The notes under the pieces: generated by a model
What the model was told of the DNA's origin: nothing
The model's input: the letters and a program-made list of their open reading frames with translations, nothing else
Databases searched by the model: none
Shown: positions 9,612 through 19,200 of the stretch, piece by piece
How positions within the stretch are numbered: the stretch's first letter is position 1
Layout of the letters: every line of letters starts with the position of its first letter
Virus record (IMG/VR): IMGVR_UViG_3300007523_000008
Coordinates: 9,166 to 73,165 of that record
Length of the DNA: 64,000 nt
From: a virus
Direction: 5' to 3' (one strand)
Made by a program: the position numbers and the translations under genes

Positions 9612-10498
9612 TCCTTGATTGTCTCCAACTCTTTGATAAGTTCGTACGAAAGTAGGAGAGCCATGACGTGATTTTCTTTAACTAAGGTTCCCTTAGAAAT
9701 CTTATCCAACTGATTACACGTCTCATCAAGTTTAATTTTGATGACTTCGTTATCAACTACATTCTTCTTTAATTCTAAGATACGGCCTTTGACAGCCGGT
9801 ATTTCTTGGTTGATATACTGACGGAGTGAATTCGTGTTACTGATGTTATTGATGTATTCTCTAATCAATACCTTCTGCATGTTATTCAAATTTTTATATT
9901 TTTCATTGAAAGAATCCACCAATAATTTATAGGCCAGTAATCTAACTTCTTCGTTCTGTTGTTTATAGACCTTGATTAAATCTTTCTTTTCTTCTTCTGA
10001 AATTAATCGAGTTGGGGTCTTTCCTGCCACCATACTCTCAACGATACAATTGCGTGATTTATAAATTTCGCGGGGGTCGCAGGCCTCATTTGTAATAGCC
10101 TCTTCAAAAATTTTATAAATCGATGCCAGTAATTTATAATTTCCGATTGATCCTTTTAAGAAATCTTCGATTGGATAATTTTCACGGATTTCCTTGATCA
10201 ACTCATATTTCTGTTTGGTCAACGACGACTCATTTAGTTTCTTACGAGCGCGAATAACTGTTTCTAAAAGTCTGTCGGCGTGTGAGGAGTCTTTGACCTT
10301 TTCTTCAAAAATAATACGGTATAGTCGATTTTCTTTACCAAGCTCCGTTGTTTCTGTAAAATATTTGCGCAATATTGAGTTTGCTTTTGAATCTTCCGAA
10401 CCATTTAAAATGTCGGCAGTAACTTGTCTAACAAGCAATTCAAACAATATGCCGCTGTTGCGGTATTTCGAATGTTTCATTTTTTTAATCGGGGCCAT
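9608..10498 (-). CDS. Conserved-looking helical head-module protein
   Basis: 296-aa ORF between portal and protease genes (KHSKYRNSGILFELLVRQ); late motif upstream. Confidence 0.6.
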   Translation of the reverse strand: MAPIKKMKHSKYRNSGILFELLVRQVTADILNGSEDSKANSILRKYFTETTELGKENRLYRIIFEEKVKDSSHADRLLETVIRARKKLNESSLTKQKYELIKEIRENYPIEDFLKGSIGNYKLLASIYKIFEEAITNEACDPREIYKSRNCIVESMVAGKTPTRLISEEEKKDLIKVYKQQNEEVRLLAYKLLVDSFNEKYKNLNNMQKVLIREYINNISNTNSLRQYINQEIPAVKGRILELKKNVVDNEVIKIKLDETCNQLDKISKGTLVKENHVMALLLSYELIKELETIKE

Positions 10499-10545
10499 AG
10501 AAATCTTACATATAAATATGTCTTAACGTGATAAAAACTTAATAA

Positions 10546-13359
10546 TTACTCTGCTTTGTCATCCCCAAGGAGATTCGACTCATCCAGTATAGACTTTTTC
10601 TCAGTAATTACCTGTTTTTCTTTCTTACCAAACTTAATACCCAAAGTAGCTTTCAACCTCTTCAACTCTTCATCGAGGGATAGTGGAGAACCACCCCGGA
10701 AGGTATGTTTTAGTGGATTTGATGTAGTTTTTGCCTTATTTTCCATACTACCGAGGGGATCTTCCCCACGATTTTTAACCTGTCGGGTAGAATATTTTTC
10801 TTTGTTTCCCGTTTGGTCCCGGTCCTTATCTTCTTCAATTGGAGGCGCATCTTTTTCTTCAACGGTTTCTGTTAAATCCGGTAAACCAGCGCCAGCTTCT
10901 TCTGGTGGACTATCCGGCGGTGTTGCCGGTTCTAAGTCTGAACCGGTTGGTTCATCCACACCGACGTCTTCGATACCTCCGTCGGCATCAACGGCTTGAT
11001 TGCTCTTCATTGGGTCATTGCCCTCTTCTTCAATCTGCTGCATTCTCCAAAAGGCTTTCTGGTCATCGATGACTTCACTCTGTATCTGTTCGACGTCAGT
11101 TTCCGACATATTAAAGACGTTGTGGTATACCCAAGCCCGACTAAATAATTTTGCCTCTATCATATCCTTAGATACATTCAATTTATCTTGCCAAATTGCA
11201 ATCTTCTCCTGTTCAAAGATTGTAGAGGGATTTGTTAGTTCTAACGTAAAGTCAACCAAACTAGCATCTGTATATCCTTGAATATACAAGTGGACAACTG
11301 CTATCTTACTCAACTCCGAAACAATAATTCGTTGTAATCTAGCAATTGTACGAGAAAAGCGAACATCTTCCGCGGCGAGGGTAGCTTTGCCGGAAATGCC
11401 TTCTTCGTATCCCAAGAAAGCCTTCGGAATTTTGAGTGCAGCCATCATCTTGTTGCGGACATACTCAATATCTTCCGTGCCTGTAAATTCCATACCTGGA
11501 AGTGTATCGATTGAAGTTCCACTATCACCGCCACGGACTGGCAGATAGAAGTCCTCAACCATATTATTTAAGTTAAAGCGTAGATTGTAATCACCCGTTC
11601 TCTCGTCAAGATACGGAACCTTTTTAATTTGGTTCATAATCTTCTGCATAAATCCGTCAATTTCATTTGGCGGAATATTTCCAACGTCAATCTTAAAGAT
11701 ACGTTTTTCAGGAGCACGCATGATGCGGTGAATCAACATGGCATCTTCCATCAAACTTAACTGTTTCCACACACGACGAGCTCCCTCTAACATAGACTTT
11801 CCATACGGAAGAAAGTTACTATCTGAAATAAGTCTGAAGTGTGCGATTTCGAAATTTTCATATTCTGAGCCGCCACTCAGACCATCGTGCTGATACTTAA
11901 CGTAATTGATATTTGTTGGGTCTGACCCTTCAATGCGGGTTATTTCGTAAGCACTAAGCGGCCTAACGGTATACACGCCATACTCAGGTGATAGCTCCAA
12001 CTTGAGGAAAAAATCACCATATTTACAATTTTTTACGAATACGCCACTATCATAGTTGACTGTCCCGTTTGAATTTTTTCCACATATAGGGAAATTGTGA
12101 CGGTCAGTTTCACCATTCGGACCAACCACTGTCATGCAATACATGTCGGCCGATTCGGAGATTGTTTCTATCGAAGAAACCTTATGATTGGTTAGACTTT
12201 TAACGGGTATTCTTTTGAACTTTCTGGTGTTTATAGAATTCCACTCTACCATGAAAACATCGTTTTTTTGAAGAGTTGAGACAATTTCATCTTTTGGAAT
12301 GTTGGAATGGAAGTCAAATATCTCTGACAGTTTAGAGTTCCACTTCAACTTCATATTTTCTTGAGCTCGCTCTCTTCTAACCGGGTCATTCCACATTTCT
12401 TTCTTTCCATTTGACCTAATCGAATTATGCTTGGAGTGTAGTTGGGAATTGTTATATTTATCAAAATCTTTGTGGTGAATGACCTTACCAACATCCCCGG
12501 TTTTAATTCCGAGTTCTTTTGCAACAATTCGGTGCGAAAATTCATATCCGTCTACACTTGGGTCGTACACCGTCTCATATTTGTCGAGGGAATTTTTCGA
12601 ACACTTTTCACTCAGTTTTCTATAAAATGGCATTAAACTGTCACCCAAGTTTAGTTGGTCGGCCCTCTTGTCGTGGCCGTCACGTAACAAAAATGGGTGT
12701 TCTGGTGCAGTTTCTACAAATCCACCATCATCAAATGTTACCCTGGTCGTCGTATTTGACGTATAGTTTTTATCGCACCACGTCACCTTGCCCGGAACAA
12801 CTTTGTTAGTTTTATCTTGAATGGAATGAACCCACACCTCTTCCCCGGACTTTACTTTATTAGATAGCTCCTCAATTGAAATATTCTCACCGTTTAGAAG
12901 CGGAATTACAGAATCATACTTTACTGGCATGTTCCGTGTCCACGACCAAAGATTAAACTCAATGTTCATAATGTCATAGAAAAGATTCTCCAGAATCTTC
13001 TTAATACTTTCATCCTTGGAATTGATGGTTAGAACATTGCCGAACTCAGAAGGGACCAAACATTCATCAGCGTAGATATCTAAAGCACTACTTAAAATTG
13101 GATCCATGTCCATAACATCATAATCACGAAACAGCTCCAATCGAGCTGATTGATATGACAACGACATGTCTCGGTTGTGTAGGTTGTAGGTCGAACTACG
13201 CAGCCGGTTGAACCTGTCTCTCAGACTGTTCTTGTCGGTAGCGTACTGAACCGCGTCGGTGTCGATTACTTTGAGTTTCTTGCCGCCAACATTACGAACG
13301 ATAACATCCGTCGAAAACAGTTTCTTTAATCTTGTGAATAGGTCTTTTTGTTCTGCCAT
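10546..13359 (-). CDS. gp20: Portal vertex protein, T4 gp20-like, interrupted by an intein
   Basis: MDMDP..SSALDIYADE, L.LMEDAMLIHRI.RAPE.RIF.IDVGN.P, EDFYLP.RG....T.IDTLPG, ALKIPK. The 300-aa insertion falls between WTRNM and CKYGDFF. Confidence 0.93.
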   Translation of the reverse strand: MAEQKDLFTRLKKLFSTDVIVRNVGGKKLKVIDTDAVQYATDKNSLRDRFNRLRSSTYNLHNRDMSLSYQSARLELFRDYDVMDMDPILSSALDIYADECLVPSEFGNVLTINSKDESIKKILENLFYDIMNIEFNLWSWTRNMPVKYDSVIPLLNGENISIEELSNKVKSGEEVWVHSIQDKTNKVVPGKVTWCDKNYTSNTTTRVTFDDGGFVETAPEHPFLLRDGHDKRADQLNLGDSLMPFYRKLSEKCSKNSLDKYETVYDPSVDGYEFSHRIVAKELGIKTGDVGKVIHHKDFDKYNNSQLHSKHNSIRSNGKKEMWNDPVRRERAQENMKLKWNSKLSEIFDFHSNIPKDEIVSTLQKNDVFMVEWNSINTRKFKRIPVKSLTNHKVSSIETISESADMYCMTVVGPNGETDRHNFPICGKNSNGTVNYDSGVFVKNCKYGDFFLKLELSPEYGVYTVRPLSAYEITRIEGSDPTNINYVKYQHDGLSGGSEYENFEIAHFRLISDSNFLPYGKSMLEGARRVWKQLSLMEDAMLIHRIMRAPEKRIFKIDVGNIPPNEIDGFMQKIMNQIKKVPYLDERTGDYNLRFNLNNMVEDFYLPVRGGDSGTSIDTLPGMEFTGTEDIEYVRNKMMAALKIPKAFLGYEEGISGKATLAAEDVRFSRTIARLQRIIVSELSKIAVVHLYIQGYTDASLVDFTLELTNPSTIFEQEKIAIWQDKLNVSKDMIEAKLFSRAWVYHNVFNMSETDVEQIQSEVIDDQKAFWRMQQIEEEGNDPMKSNQAVDADGGIEDVGVDEPTGSDLEPATPPDSPPEEAGAGLPDLTETVEEKDAPPIEEDKDRDQTGNKEKYSTRQVKNRGEDPLGSMENKAKTTSNPLKHTFRGGSPLSLDEELKRLKATLGIKFGKKEKQVITEKKSILDESNLLGDDKAE
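12028..12927 (-). mobile_element. Intein (300 aa) in the portal, starting with Pro and carrying a degenerate HNH
   Basis: Block A PVKYDSVIPLLNG...IEEL, block B ETAPEHPF, block F DMYCMTV, HNF, block G GVFVKN followed by extein Cys. Removing it restores WTRNM-CKYGDFFLKL. Confidence 0.9.
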
Positions 13360-13418
13360 AAGCGTATAAGGATATATATGAATCCGTTATCTATAAATAT
13401 TGTCTTAGACTTGTTTTA

Positions 13419-15056
13419 TCAGAGGAGCCAACGCAAATCTTCTCTATTACGATCTGATGTGCCCATCTTCATTGTCCATGGGTCATTGGCGACCCCATAT
13501 GGATTACTCTGTATAATTGCTGTACGTGTCTGCACGCGTTGTGCCTCAGCGGCGGAGTTTGAACCAATCTTACCTAAGAGTATTTTGGTCACGTTATCTC
13601 TCTCTGTTCGTAATCTCAAGGCTACATCCCGAATCCACATAGCTATTCCAGCCGCCATAACTAAGTCGTCATTGTAACCACTCATGGCTTCAGCTCGGGA
13701 AGAAACTCCCACAGACTTCCAAATGAATACCTTCAACTCATCAATTAATCTACTCGATCGTATAATAAATTCTTTATTTCGAATGTAACTTTCCAATTTA
13801 GAAATAACTAAAGGTCGTGTTTTTGAAGAAGTTGTAAACCCTGGTTTGAGTTTTTTCTCTTCGCTATTTATTTTATTGGTCATCTGACTTTCTGTATCAA
13901 CGTACTGTAAATCAGCCGAACTGTAGAATAGATTTGGGTATAGTTTGTCTATAATTTCTTGAATAACCGCCCAACCGATGTTTGCGTTTTCAACAACAAC
14001 TAGGCCCATATTATATTCTGTTCCGATTGCCATGAGTGACCGGGCATAGTCCTTCGTCGGCAATTTACCCTTGTATTCAGCAACCTGCTCCATTGATTCG
14101 ATGTCTATAACCTGCGCTCCCGAAAAGTCAGACGCATCACCACGACCTACGTCACCGACAATCATATATGATTTCCCATCTTCGGGGTACTTCCAAATCC
14201 AATAACCGTGGTCCGCACCCCGCATCTCAATTGGCGGAATTACGTAGTTTTCTGTGTACCAATCTAATATTCCAATTTCAACAACGGTATTACCAGACGT
14301 ACTGAATTCGCAATCACATTCTTGAGCCGCACCACGTTCACCAAGTAGTTTGGTTTGGTTATCTCTCCACGCTTGGTCACGATCTGGATGAAGGTACCAT
14401 GGTAGATTTACACGAACAAACTTATTTCCGGGAGATTCCATCCAAGTTTTGTGAAAGAAGTTACCCACACCATTTGGGGTCGATAATATAATAGCTTTAC
14501 CACCGGTAGACAATGTAGACTGTGCCGACAACCAAATAGCTTCTACTCCGTCGATGAACGCAGCCTCGTCAATGATGAGCAGAGATACTGCCGCTGAACG
14601 GCCGGAATTGCTAGCCGATGACACCGCCCTAATCTGCGAACCGTTTGTTAATCTCAAAGACAGTTGATTATTTGTTTCTTCTTTTACCTTTAACCATGAG
14701 GGCAAATTATCATTAGCAAAACGAACCTTTGTAACAATTGCCTTGGAAGTTTCCTGAGTAATCGACAGACATAGAATTTCCTTGTCAGTGTGAAACGTCA
14801 TTAACCACAACGAATATGCTGCAACTAGTGTTGAAATGCCCATCTGACGAGACTTCAGAACGGCCGTCAGCGTATTTTTCTGAAACGTATTTAGAGCTTC
14901 ATCTTGAAATTCATAAGTCAAGAGAGGCAACGTCCCACGAGTAGGGTGTTGAATTTTGACATACTTCTTCATGAAGTATATGGCGTCGGATGCACATTTA
15001 ACGTACTCCGACCTCATTATGTCCCTAAGATTCTTTGTGGTTGTCTCAGCCATCAA
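13419..15056 (-). CDS. gp17: Terminase large subunit, T4 gp17-like
   Basis: YF.K.YVKI.HP.RG, Walker A LKSRQMGIST, Walker B LIIDEAAF, STPNG, nuclease DVGRG..SD and GYNDDLVMA. Confidence 0.95.
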   Translation of the reverse strand: MMAETTTKNLRDIMRSEYVKCASDAIYFMKKYVKIQHPTRGTLPLLTYEFQDEALNTFQKNTLTAVLKSRQMGISTLVAAYSLWLMTFHTDKEILCLSITQETSKAIVTKVRFANDNLPSWLKVKEETNNQLSLRLTNGSQIRAVSSASNSGRSAAVSLLIIDEAAFIDGVEAIWLSAQSTLSTGGKAIILSTPNGVGNFFHKTWMESPGNKFVRVNLPWYLHPDRDQAWRDNQTKLLGERGAAQECDCEFSTSGNTVVEIGILDWYTENYVIPPIEMRGADHGYWIWKYPEDGKSYMIVGDVGRGDASDFSGAQVIDIESMEQVAEYKGKLPTKDYARSLMAIGTEYNMGLVVVENANIGWAVIQEIIDKLYPNLFYSSADLQYVDTESQMTNKINSEEKKLKPGFTTSSKTRPLVISKLESYIRNKEFIIRSSRLIDELKVFIWKSVGVSSRAEAMSGYNDDLVMAAGIAMWIRDVALRLRTERDNVTKILLGKIGSNSAAEAQRVQTRTAIIQSNPYGVANDPWTMKMGTSDRNREDLRWLL

Positions 15057-15061
15057 ATACC

Positions 15062-15682
15062 TTAAGCCACAGATTTCAAGTCAGCATCAAGCTTTGCAAT
15101 TTCTTTATCGAGCCGCCCGATTTCTTTTAGGCACTTGACGTGATCTTTTTTCAGCGATTTTAGCAATTCATCTCTACGGTTATCTTCCCACTCTTCAACC
15201 AGACCATTTGAATTCACAAATGTCAAAACATGTGTTTTCTTTGTATAATCCAATCCGTCCTTCACTTTGGCTTTAATGTCCATGATGTATGAGCGTTCGT
15301 TCTCATATAATTTTTTCTGCTCATAGACGGACCATTTGCCTTTAATTCTAATTTGAGTTTCGTAGTCTGTAAGACAGTCGAGACACATGCCCGTTTTAAC
15401 AAACATCTTTGAATCTTGCTTCGAGCCCCATTTGATGTCTTTTTTACACGTGTTACACTTAACGTTGATTTCGGTGCTAATCATGTCCATCAGTGGAGTA
15501 TGGCTGGCCTTTCCGTATTCTTTCTGTACCCATGACTTACCTCGTGTGTCGGTCCATACCTCACCGACTTTCCGCTTAGTCATATCCTCAGTTTCTTTAT
15601 AACCAACTTGTACAAATGGTCTGTCGCCAGCCTGATAGGCCCGAACGATATCCATGTTTGATGTGTGTTTTCCGCGTTTCAT
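15062..15682 (-). CDS. Hypothetical protein with Zn-binding CxxC pairs and coiled coil
   Basis: 206 aa; RKVGEVWTD..GKSW, CNTC and CLDC; directly upstream of terminase. Confidence 0.6.
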   Translation of the reverse strand: MKRGKHTSNMDIVRAYQAGDRPFVQVGYKETEDMTKRKVGEVWTDTRGKSWVQKEYGKASHTPLMDMISTEINVKCNTCKKDIKWGSKQDSKMFVKTGMCLDCLTDYETQIRIKGKWSVYEQKKLYENERSYIMDIKAKVKDGLDYTKKTHVLTFVNSNGLVEEWEDNRRDELLKSLKKDHVKCLKEIGRLDKEIAKLDADLKSVA

Positions 15683-15747
15683 GTCTATATATACGGATTA
15701 TAAAAAATTTTCGGTGATATTATGAAAGAAGAATTCTTCTTTTATCC

Positions 15748-18627
15748 TTATATCGAGATACCCAATATTTTTTGAATAGGAGCTTTAATAGCATCAATCT
15801 CAGCTTGGCTAATTGCTTCTCCGGAAATTGCTTCGGTGAATCTTTCTATAGCCAACAGTTGAATTTTTCTAGGTAGATATTTCTTAGCATTTGCCAGCAG
15901 TCCGGTAAAACTTCTAAAATTTTTCAGCTCCTCTGATGTGGGAGTTGTGTCAAACAGTATTTCAAAAGCTTTTTTCAAATCTGTGATTCTTTCTTGCCCT
16001 TCTTCTTTAGCTTCAACAAATCTATATGCGGGGTACACCTTACCATCAACAGATACATTTTTTACAAACTTATATGCCGGTCGAAGCCCGGGCATTCCTC
16101 CTCCGGTATTAAGCGTGTATCTTGATGGAACCGAATCTCCTTTATTCTTAGCAACAAAACTCAAAGGGATAACTGGAGAATCGCTTGGGTCATCCAATAC
16201 CTTTTGAACCTTACTCGGCTTCAACACTAAAACATTACCCAGGCTAGTTGCTGCTCTAGCCAACGATCTAAGGAATAATGCTCCAGCCATTCCTTTTATA
16301 CCAACTTCCAAGTCTGAATATGGTGAGTCTTTTGTAAACTTTGTCCATTCCGAAGGTTTCTCATATCCAGCAGAATCTTGAGTCATATCATCGCCCTCGA
16401 AATCAACTTGTACGATTTGATGTTTTGGTTTATAGTAAAATAGTGTAATAACTTGGTCGGGAATAGAATTGAAACTCTTGGTTCTTCCAACATAATAAAA
16501 ATTTGGAGTTATCATGGTTTTAGAAGTCAGAGTCCATTGAATCTGATTATCATCTATACCATCCAAAAATGTTTTGAGTTCATCCAACTTCGTTTTCGGG
16601 ATGATGATGTCGATATCACCAAACTCTTTTTTATACTTACTGATAAAAGGCCTTGTCTCCGGATTCATAAGATGCTGTGAGCTTCCGTTGAAAATATAAC
16701 CGTCGTCAATGTATGGATTATTGTCTTTCCAAAATCTGACCTTTTTATTTAAGGCTTGGGCAAGAGATTTCACATCCTTGGAGACAGAGTTTGCGATGTC
16801 ATTACCCGCGTCGTCAACTATTTTTAGTTTGGTCGTGGCTTGGGCTGGTCCTCCGTCAAAGGTTTTTGGTGTCTTCGAATCGACAGCAGCTACACTTTGA
16901 CCTGACTCAAGTAATAGTGTGTTCCGAAAGACTACTTCTATAAGTTCATTCACCAGTGATGCATATGGATTTGACTCTTTCAATTCCGGTTTATTTTTCA
17001 TAAGCGTGTCCCATATTTCTTCTTTTTCAGATTGGCTTACCGGTGGTAGATATTTTAAAAATGATTCTTTGTCTCCGGTTTGTAAAAATTCTCGCATCCT
17101 GGTTCCACTGATATTCACCGTGGACGATCTCTCCACACCAACTTTATTTATTTTCCCAGTCTTTAAAAGTTCTGGAAATTTATTCAAATCTTCATCTTTA
17201 AAATTAGCCTCCACATCATCCTTGTCCGAATAAAGATTTACAGTTGGAACATTAGAACCATCCTTGGTGAGCGACTGTTCTAACCAGCCCAACTCATGAA
17301 CAACGGATCGTACAGGTGAATCGACAAATTTTACTTTAACATTCTTTGGAAGATATGGGATGAAGATATCACTCCACAATTTGATAAAGTCCTCTCCCTT
17401 TATTGGAAACTGATTTCTCTCAATTCGACTCTTAGATGTAGTATAGACTACAACCCGATCATTCTCTTTGGCGGCTCTCTCTATCAGTCTCCAGTGTCCA
17501 AGGTGTAATGGTTTTCCGGCGATTGGAATCAAACCAAGAGTCGTTGATTTTTCTCCAAGAAGGTTTTTCTTAGATACAACCAATCGCACCGTATCGTGAA
17601 TGTCGTCTTTTATCTGACGAATATCCTTTTTTCCATTCGCAATTTCTAACAGTATATCAAAAAACTTTTCGAGTCGAGCTTCATTTTTAACCACGTAAGA
17701 ATTAACATCCGAAATAATATCCTCTTCTGATTTTCCCTCGACTCCAATCTGAGAAATAACCTTCTGGATTAAACTGCGTATTTGTTGATAGTAGTCAGTT
17801 GCAAGGTCGGGGTCTAATCTATACATAGATTTTTTAGCATCACGTGTCTCTGCGTCGTATTGGTCGGATTGAACTAGTTTGAAGAAGGTGCCATTGTCGA
17901 ATTTTAAGACAACACCCTCGGTAACTCCACCCAAGGACGAAGGCACAGATAACATAGCTTCCGAAAATTTTGATATAACATCAATTGGATTATTCCAGTC
18001 TACATTTGTCAATTTCGAAGACACCAGTGGATTTTTCATCAAACTTTCCTTAGTCAGATTTCCATCATGGAAGACTGGAAATGACGCAATTTTCAAGGAC
18101 TCAGCCATACTTTTTACTTTATCATAATCTGTAATTTCGGTCTTTGCTTGCGTATGTAACGTTCCTTGAATAATTCGATAATCGACTGGACCATAACTTC
18201 GTAAAAACATACCACCCTTATTTTCATATGTTCTGGTAAGGGTATCTTTGTTTTGTGCAAATTCTATACTAAATTCTGTAGATAGTGGAATAGAATTTAT
18301 TTTGTTGTTAATTTTTTTCAGATGATCAAAAATAATGGAGTATTGGCCGATTCCAACTGAAGTTGTTGAGATGTCCGATTTCTCTTTGTCATTCAGGTGT
18401 GCGAATTCTTTTGCAGAAAGTATAGCTCCCTTGTATGATACTATCCAATTCTTAGTATAGTCTGGGTCAGCTGCCCGATTTGTTCTAACCAAAGTAAGCT
18501 TTGTCCCATCCACCTTTTCGGTGATGACAACATGTTGGTGAATTATTTCGCTGGCTCGTTTTAGTCTCAAAGATTCTGTCTTTGGATCAAATATATAATT
18601 TTTTAAATTTTTAATGGAAATGTCCAT
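15748..18627 (-). CDS. Three-domain enzyme: ATP-dependent RNA-ligase-like + HIGH-family nucleotidyltransferase + Pol-beta-type nucleotidyltransferase
   Basis: Ligase motifs ITEKVDGT, IEF, TEGVVLK, FKL. HIGH motif AGKPLHLGH and ISGTRMRE. C-terminal NGSS..FGDIDII..VQVDF. Confidence 0.75.
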   Translation of the reverse strand: MDISIKNLKNYIFDPKTESLRLKRASEIIHQHVVITEKVDGTKLTLVRTNRAADPDYTKNWIVSYKGAILSAKEFAHLNDKEKSDISTTSVGIGQYSIIFDHLKKINNKINSIPLSTEFSIEFAQNKDTLTRTYENKGGMFLRSYGPVDYRIIQGTLHTQAKTEITDYDKVKSMAESLKIASFPVFHDGNLTKESLMKNPLVSSKLTNVDWNNPIDVISKFSEAMLSVPSSLGGVTEGVVLKFDNGTFFKLVQSDQYDAETRDAKKSMYRLDPDLATDYYQQIRSLIQKVISQIGVEGKSEEDIISDVNSYVVKNEARLEKFFDILLEIANGKKDIRQIKDDIHDTVRLVVSKKNLLGEKSTTLGLIPIAGKPLHLGHWRLIERAAKENDRVVVYTTSKSRIERNQFPIKGEDFIKLWSDIFIPYLPKNVKVKFVDSPVRSVVHELGWLEQSLTKDGSNVPTVNLYSDKDDVEANFKDEDLNKFPELLKTGKINKVGVERSSTVNISGTRMREFLQTGDKESFLKYLPPVSQSEKEEIWDTLMKNKPELKESNPYASLVNELIEVVFRNTLLLESGQSVAAVDSKTPKTFDGGPAQATTKLKIVDDAGNDIANSVSKDVKSLAQALNKKVRFWKDNNPYIDDGYIFNGSSQHLMNPETRPFISKYKKEFGDIDIIIPKTKLDELKTFLDGIDDNQIQWTLTSKTMITPNFYYVGRTKSFNSIPDQVITLFYYKPKHQIVQVDFEGDDMTQDSAGYEKPSEWTKFTKDSPYSDLEVGIKGMAGALFLRSLARAATSLGNVLVLKPSKVQKVLDDPSDSPVIPLSFVAKNKGDSVPSRYTLNTGGGMPGLRPAYKFVKNVSVDGKVYPAYRFVEAKEEGQERITDLKKAFEILFDTTPTSEELKNFRSFTGLLANAKKYLPRKIQLLAIERFTEAISGEAISQAEIDAIKAPIQKILGISI

Positions 18628-18654
18628 GACTATAAGTATATACGAAAAGACTAT

Positions 18655-19200
18655 TTAACACGACGAATCTTGGTATGCTGGGGCACTTCCGCCGTTTGGC
18701 GGATCGCTATCCAACGCACAAGATGATTGACCCCAGTAAGCATCATTACCACCATAATAATCGATGGCTGAGTCTGAACCACCGATGCACTTTGTCCAAA
18801 TCATATAAATTGTGCCGCCAGAGTCGTAGTACAAATCCCAATAGTGACATGCTGGTGCAGGAGTTGGTGTTGGTGTTGGTGTCGGCGTCGGTTGCCCGGT
18901 TGGAAATGGTGTTGCGGTAGGTAACGGTGTAGATGTTGGTGCTGGTGTTGGGGTTAGTGTTGGTGCTGGTGTTGCTGTCGGCGGAGTATACCCAGAAGAC
19001 CGGAACAAATATCTCAAGTCTGTTCCATCAGCATAATAATTCGTGTCATAATCTATCTGATCTCCTCCCGCGGTTTTTTCCCAAGAGTTTGATACATCGG
19101 TGCCACCAATCTTAAACCCCACATCCGCACGCTTTGCTGATGTCCTAGTAACAAATATAGCTGCTAAATTAGAACCGGCAACTTTGTATTCATTAGCCAT
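18655..19200 (-). CDS. Small tail-fibre-associated protein with Pro-Thr linker and Cys-rich C-terminal domain
   Basis: Overlaps the fibre gene stop; contains [48 protein letters not shown]. Confidence 0.6.
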   Translation of the reverse strand: MANEYKVAGSNLAAIFVTRTSAKRADVGFKIGGTDVSNSWEKTAGGDQIDYDTNYYADGTDLRYLFRSSGYTPPTATPAPTLTPTPAPTSTPLPTATPFPTGQPTPTPTPTPTPAPACHYWDLYYDSGGTIYMIWTKCIGGSDSAIDYYGGNDAYWGQSSCALDSDPPNGGSAPAYQDSSC

